Virus record (IMG/VR): IMGVR_UViG_3300020151_000971
Coordinates: 1-27,548 of that record
Source of the DNA: a virus
Taxonomy: Duplodnaviria > Caudoviricetes
Direction: 5' to 3' (one strand)
Length of the DNA: 27,548 nt
Made by a program: the position numbers and the translations under genes. The notes below the pieces were generated by a model. It did not search any database and was not told where the DNA came from. It was given only the letters and a program-made list of their open reading frames with translations. Positions 26,937 through 27,548 of the stretch are shown in pieces (positions within the stretch are counted from its first letter, which is position 1; every line of letters starts with the position of its first letter).

Positions 26937-27452
26937 TTAGCTCTGATCATACGCAAGGTGTTGGCCTCCTCGTACCTGACTCTTCTGCTCTTCCATGAGA
27001 TCTTTGTACGCCCCTTTGAATGATAAACGTATCTGCTCAAACTTTGACGCAGCATTAACCAAAGAATTAATGTTGCCGTCCCTGCCGTGCTCAATGGTCG
27101 TTGTTTCCATATACTTTGCCAAGCGGTCAAGCATGTGCTTGATACCCATAAAAGCCCTGTATGTAGGCGTTTCATAAAGCTTCTTGCATAACTCAAGAGC
27201 TGCAAGGATTGCGTCATCTTCTGTTGAAAAGTTGACTTTAAGTTGCGAAATAATAAGTTCTTCTTTTTCATGTTCAGGGGTATCAAAAAATGGGTTCATG
27301 TCAGGATTAGGACATGACATGTAAAACAAGAATGCATACACATTCATATAGTCTTCTGGATATTCATCCATTATTCTTTTTAAAAAATTTAAAGTGTAAC
27401 AATGTTCTGTTGGAACAATTACACCTGCTTGTAAGTCAAATAGTTTTACCAT
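26937..27452 (-). CDS. Conserved crAss-like protein upstream of terL (possible small terminase)
   Basis: 171 aa, helical, C-terminal 'VRGG'; TAATG-coupled to the upstream gene. The TerS role is inferred from position only. Confidence 0.55.
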   Translation of the reverse strand: MVKLFDLQAGVIVPTEHCYTLNFLKRIMDEYPEDYMNVYAFLFYMSCPNPDMNPFFDTPEHEKEELIISQLKVNFSTEDDAILAALELCKKLYETPTYRAFMGIKHMLDRLAKYMETTTIEHGRDGNINSLVNAASKFEQIRLSFKGAYKDLMEEQKSQVRGGQHLAYDQS

Positions 27453-27548
27453 TAGTTTTTCTTTTTAAAAAATTTAGAAGGATTCTCTTTGTAATATGTC
27501 ATTACTGAAAGCACCTCATCTTTTAAATATGGCATTTCATATGGAATA
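27452..27548 (-). CDS. 3' end of an upstream gene (partial)
   Basis: Reads ...IPYEMPYLKDEVLSVMTYYKENPSKFFKKKN*, with stop TAA at 27454-27452 overlapping the next ATG. Too short to assign a function. Confidence 0.6.
   Translation of the reverse strand, partial: IPYEMPYLKDEVLSVMTYYKENPSKFFKKKN

Noticed and set aside
26927-27286. N-terminal 120 aa of the 197-aa track ORF
   Set aside because: Overlaps the 171-aa gene in another frame; the ATG at 26926 just after that gene's stop is the more plausible start.

Overview
Virion-morphogenesis region of a crAss-like (Crassvirales-type) phage, probably infecting a Bacteroidota host. The sequence is AT-rich and densely coding, all real genes are on the minus strand, and the standard genetic code is sufficient. 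In transcription order (right to left) it contains: the 3' end of an upstream gene, a conserved protein (possible small terminase), two small ORFs, large terminase, portal, acidic scaffold-like protein, major capsid protein, conserved structural genes with a ferritin/Dps-like gene inserted, a ~6.2 kb block of Cys-rich fibre/decoration genes, a metallophosphoesterase, an IHF/HU-like protein, two tail ring-type proteins, an HExxH protein, and a >1413-codon tail stabilisation/muzzle-like gene that runs off the left edge and is missing from the ORF track. The best candidate for a new system is the Cys-rich block. FN3-like domains appear split between neighbouring genes: orphan C-terminal 'CPxPTxL' A-strands face N-terminal domains lacking strand A. 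This suggests a pilus-like fibre built by donor-strand complementation and locked by disulfides (anchor, polymerising subunit, two alternative tips), with five thrombospondin type-1 repeats on the anchor. Also noted: a switch-like structured RNA after the capsid gene, a hairpin whose loop is antisense to several translation-initiation regions, and a repeated candidate late promoter. All family assignments come from motif recognition and gene order; no database searches were run.
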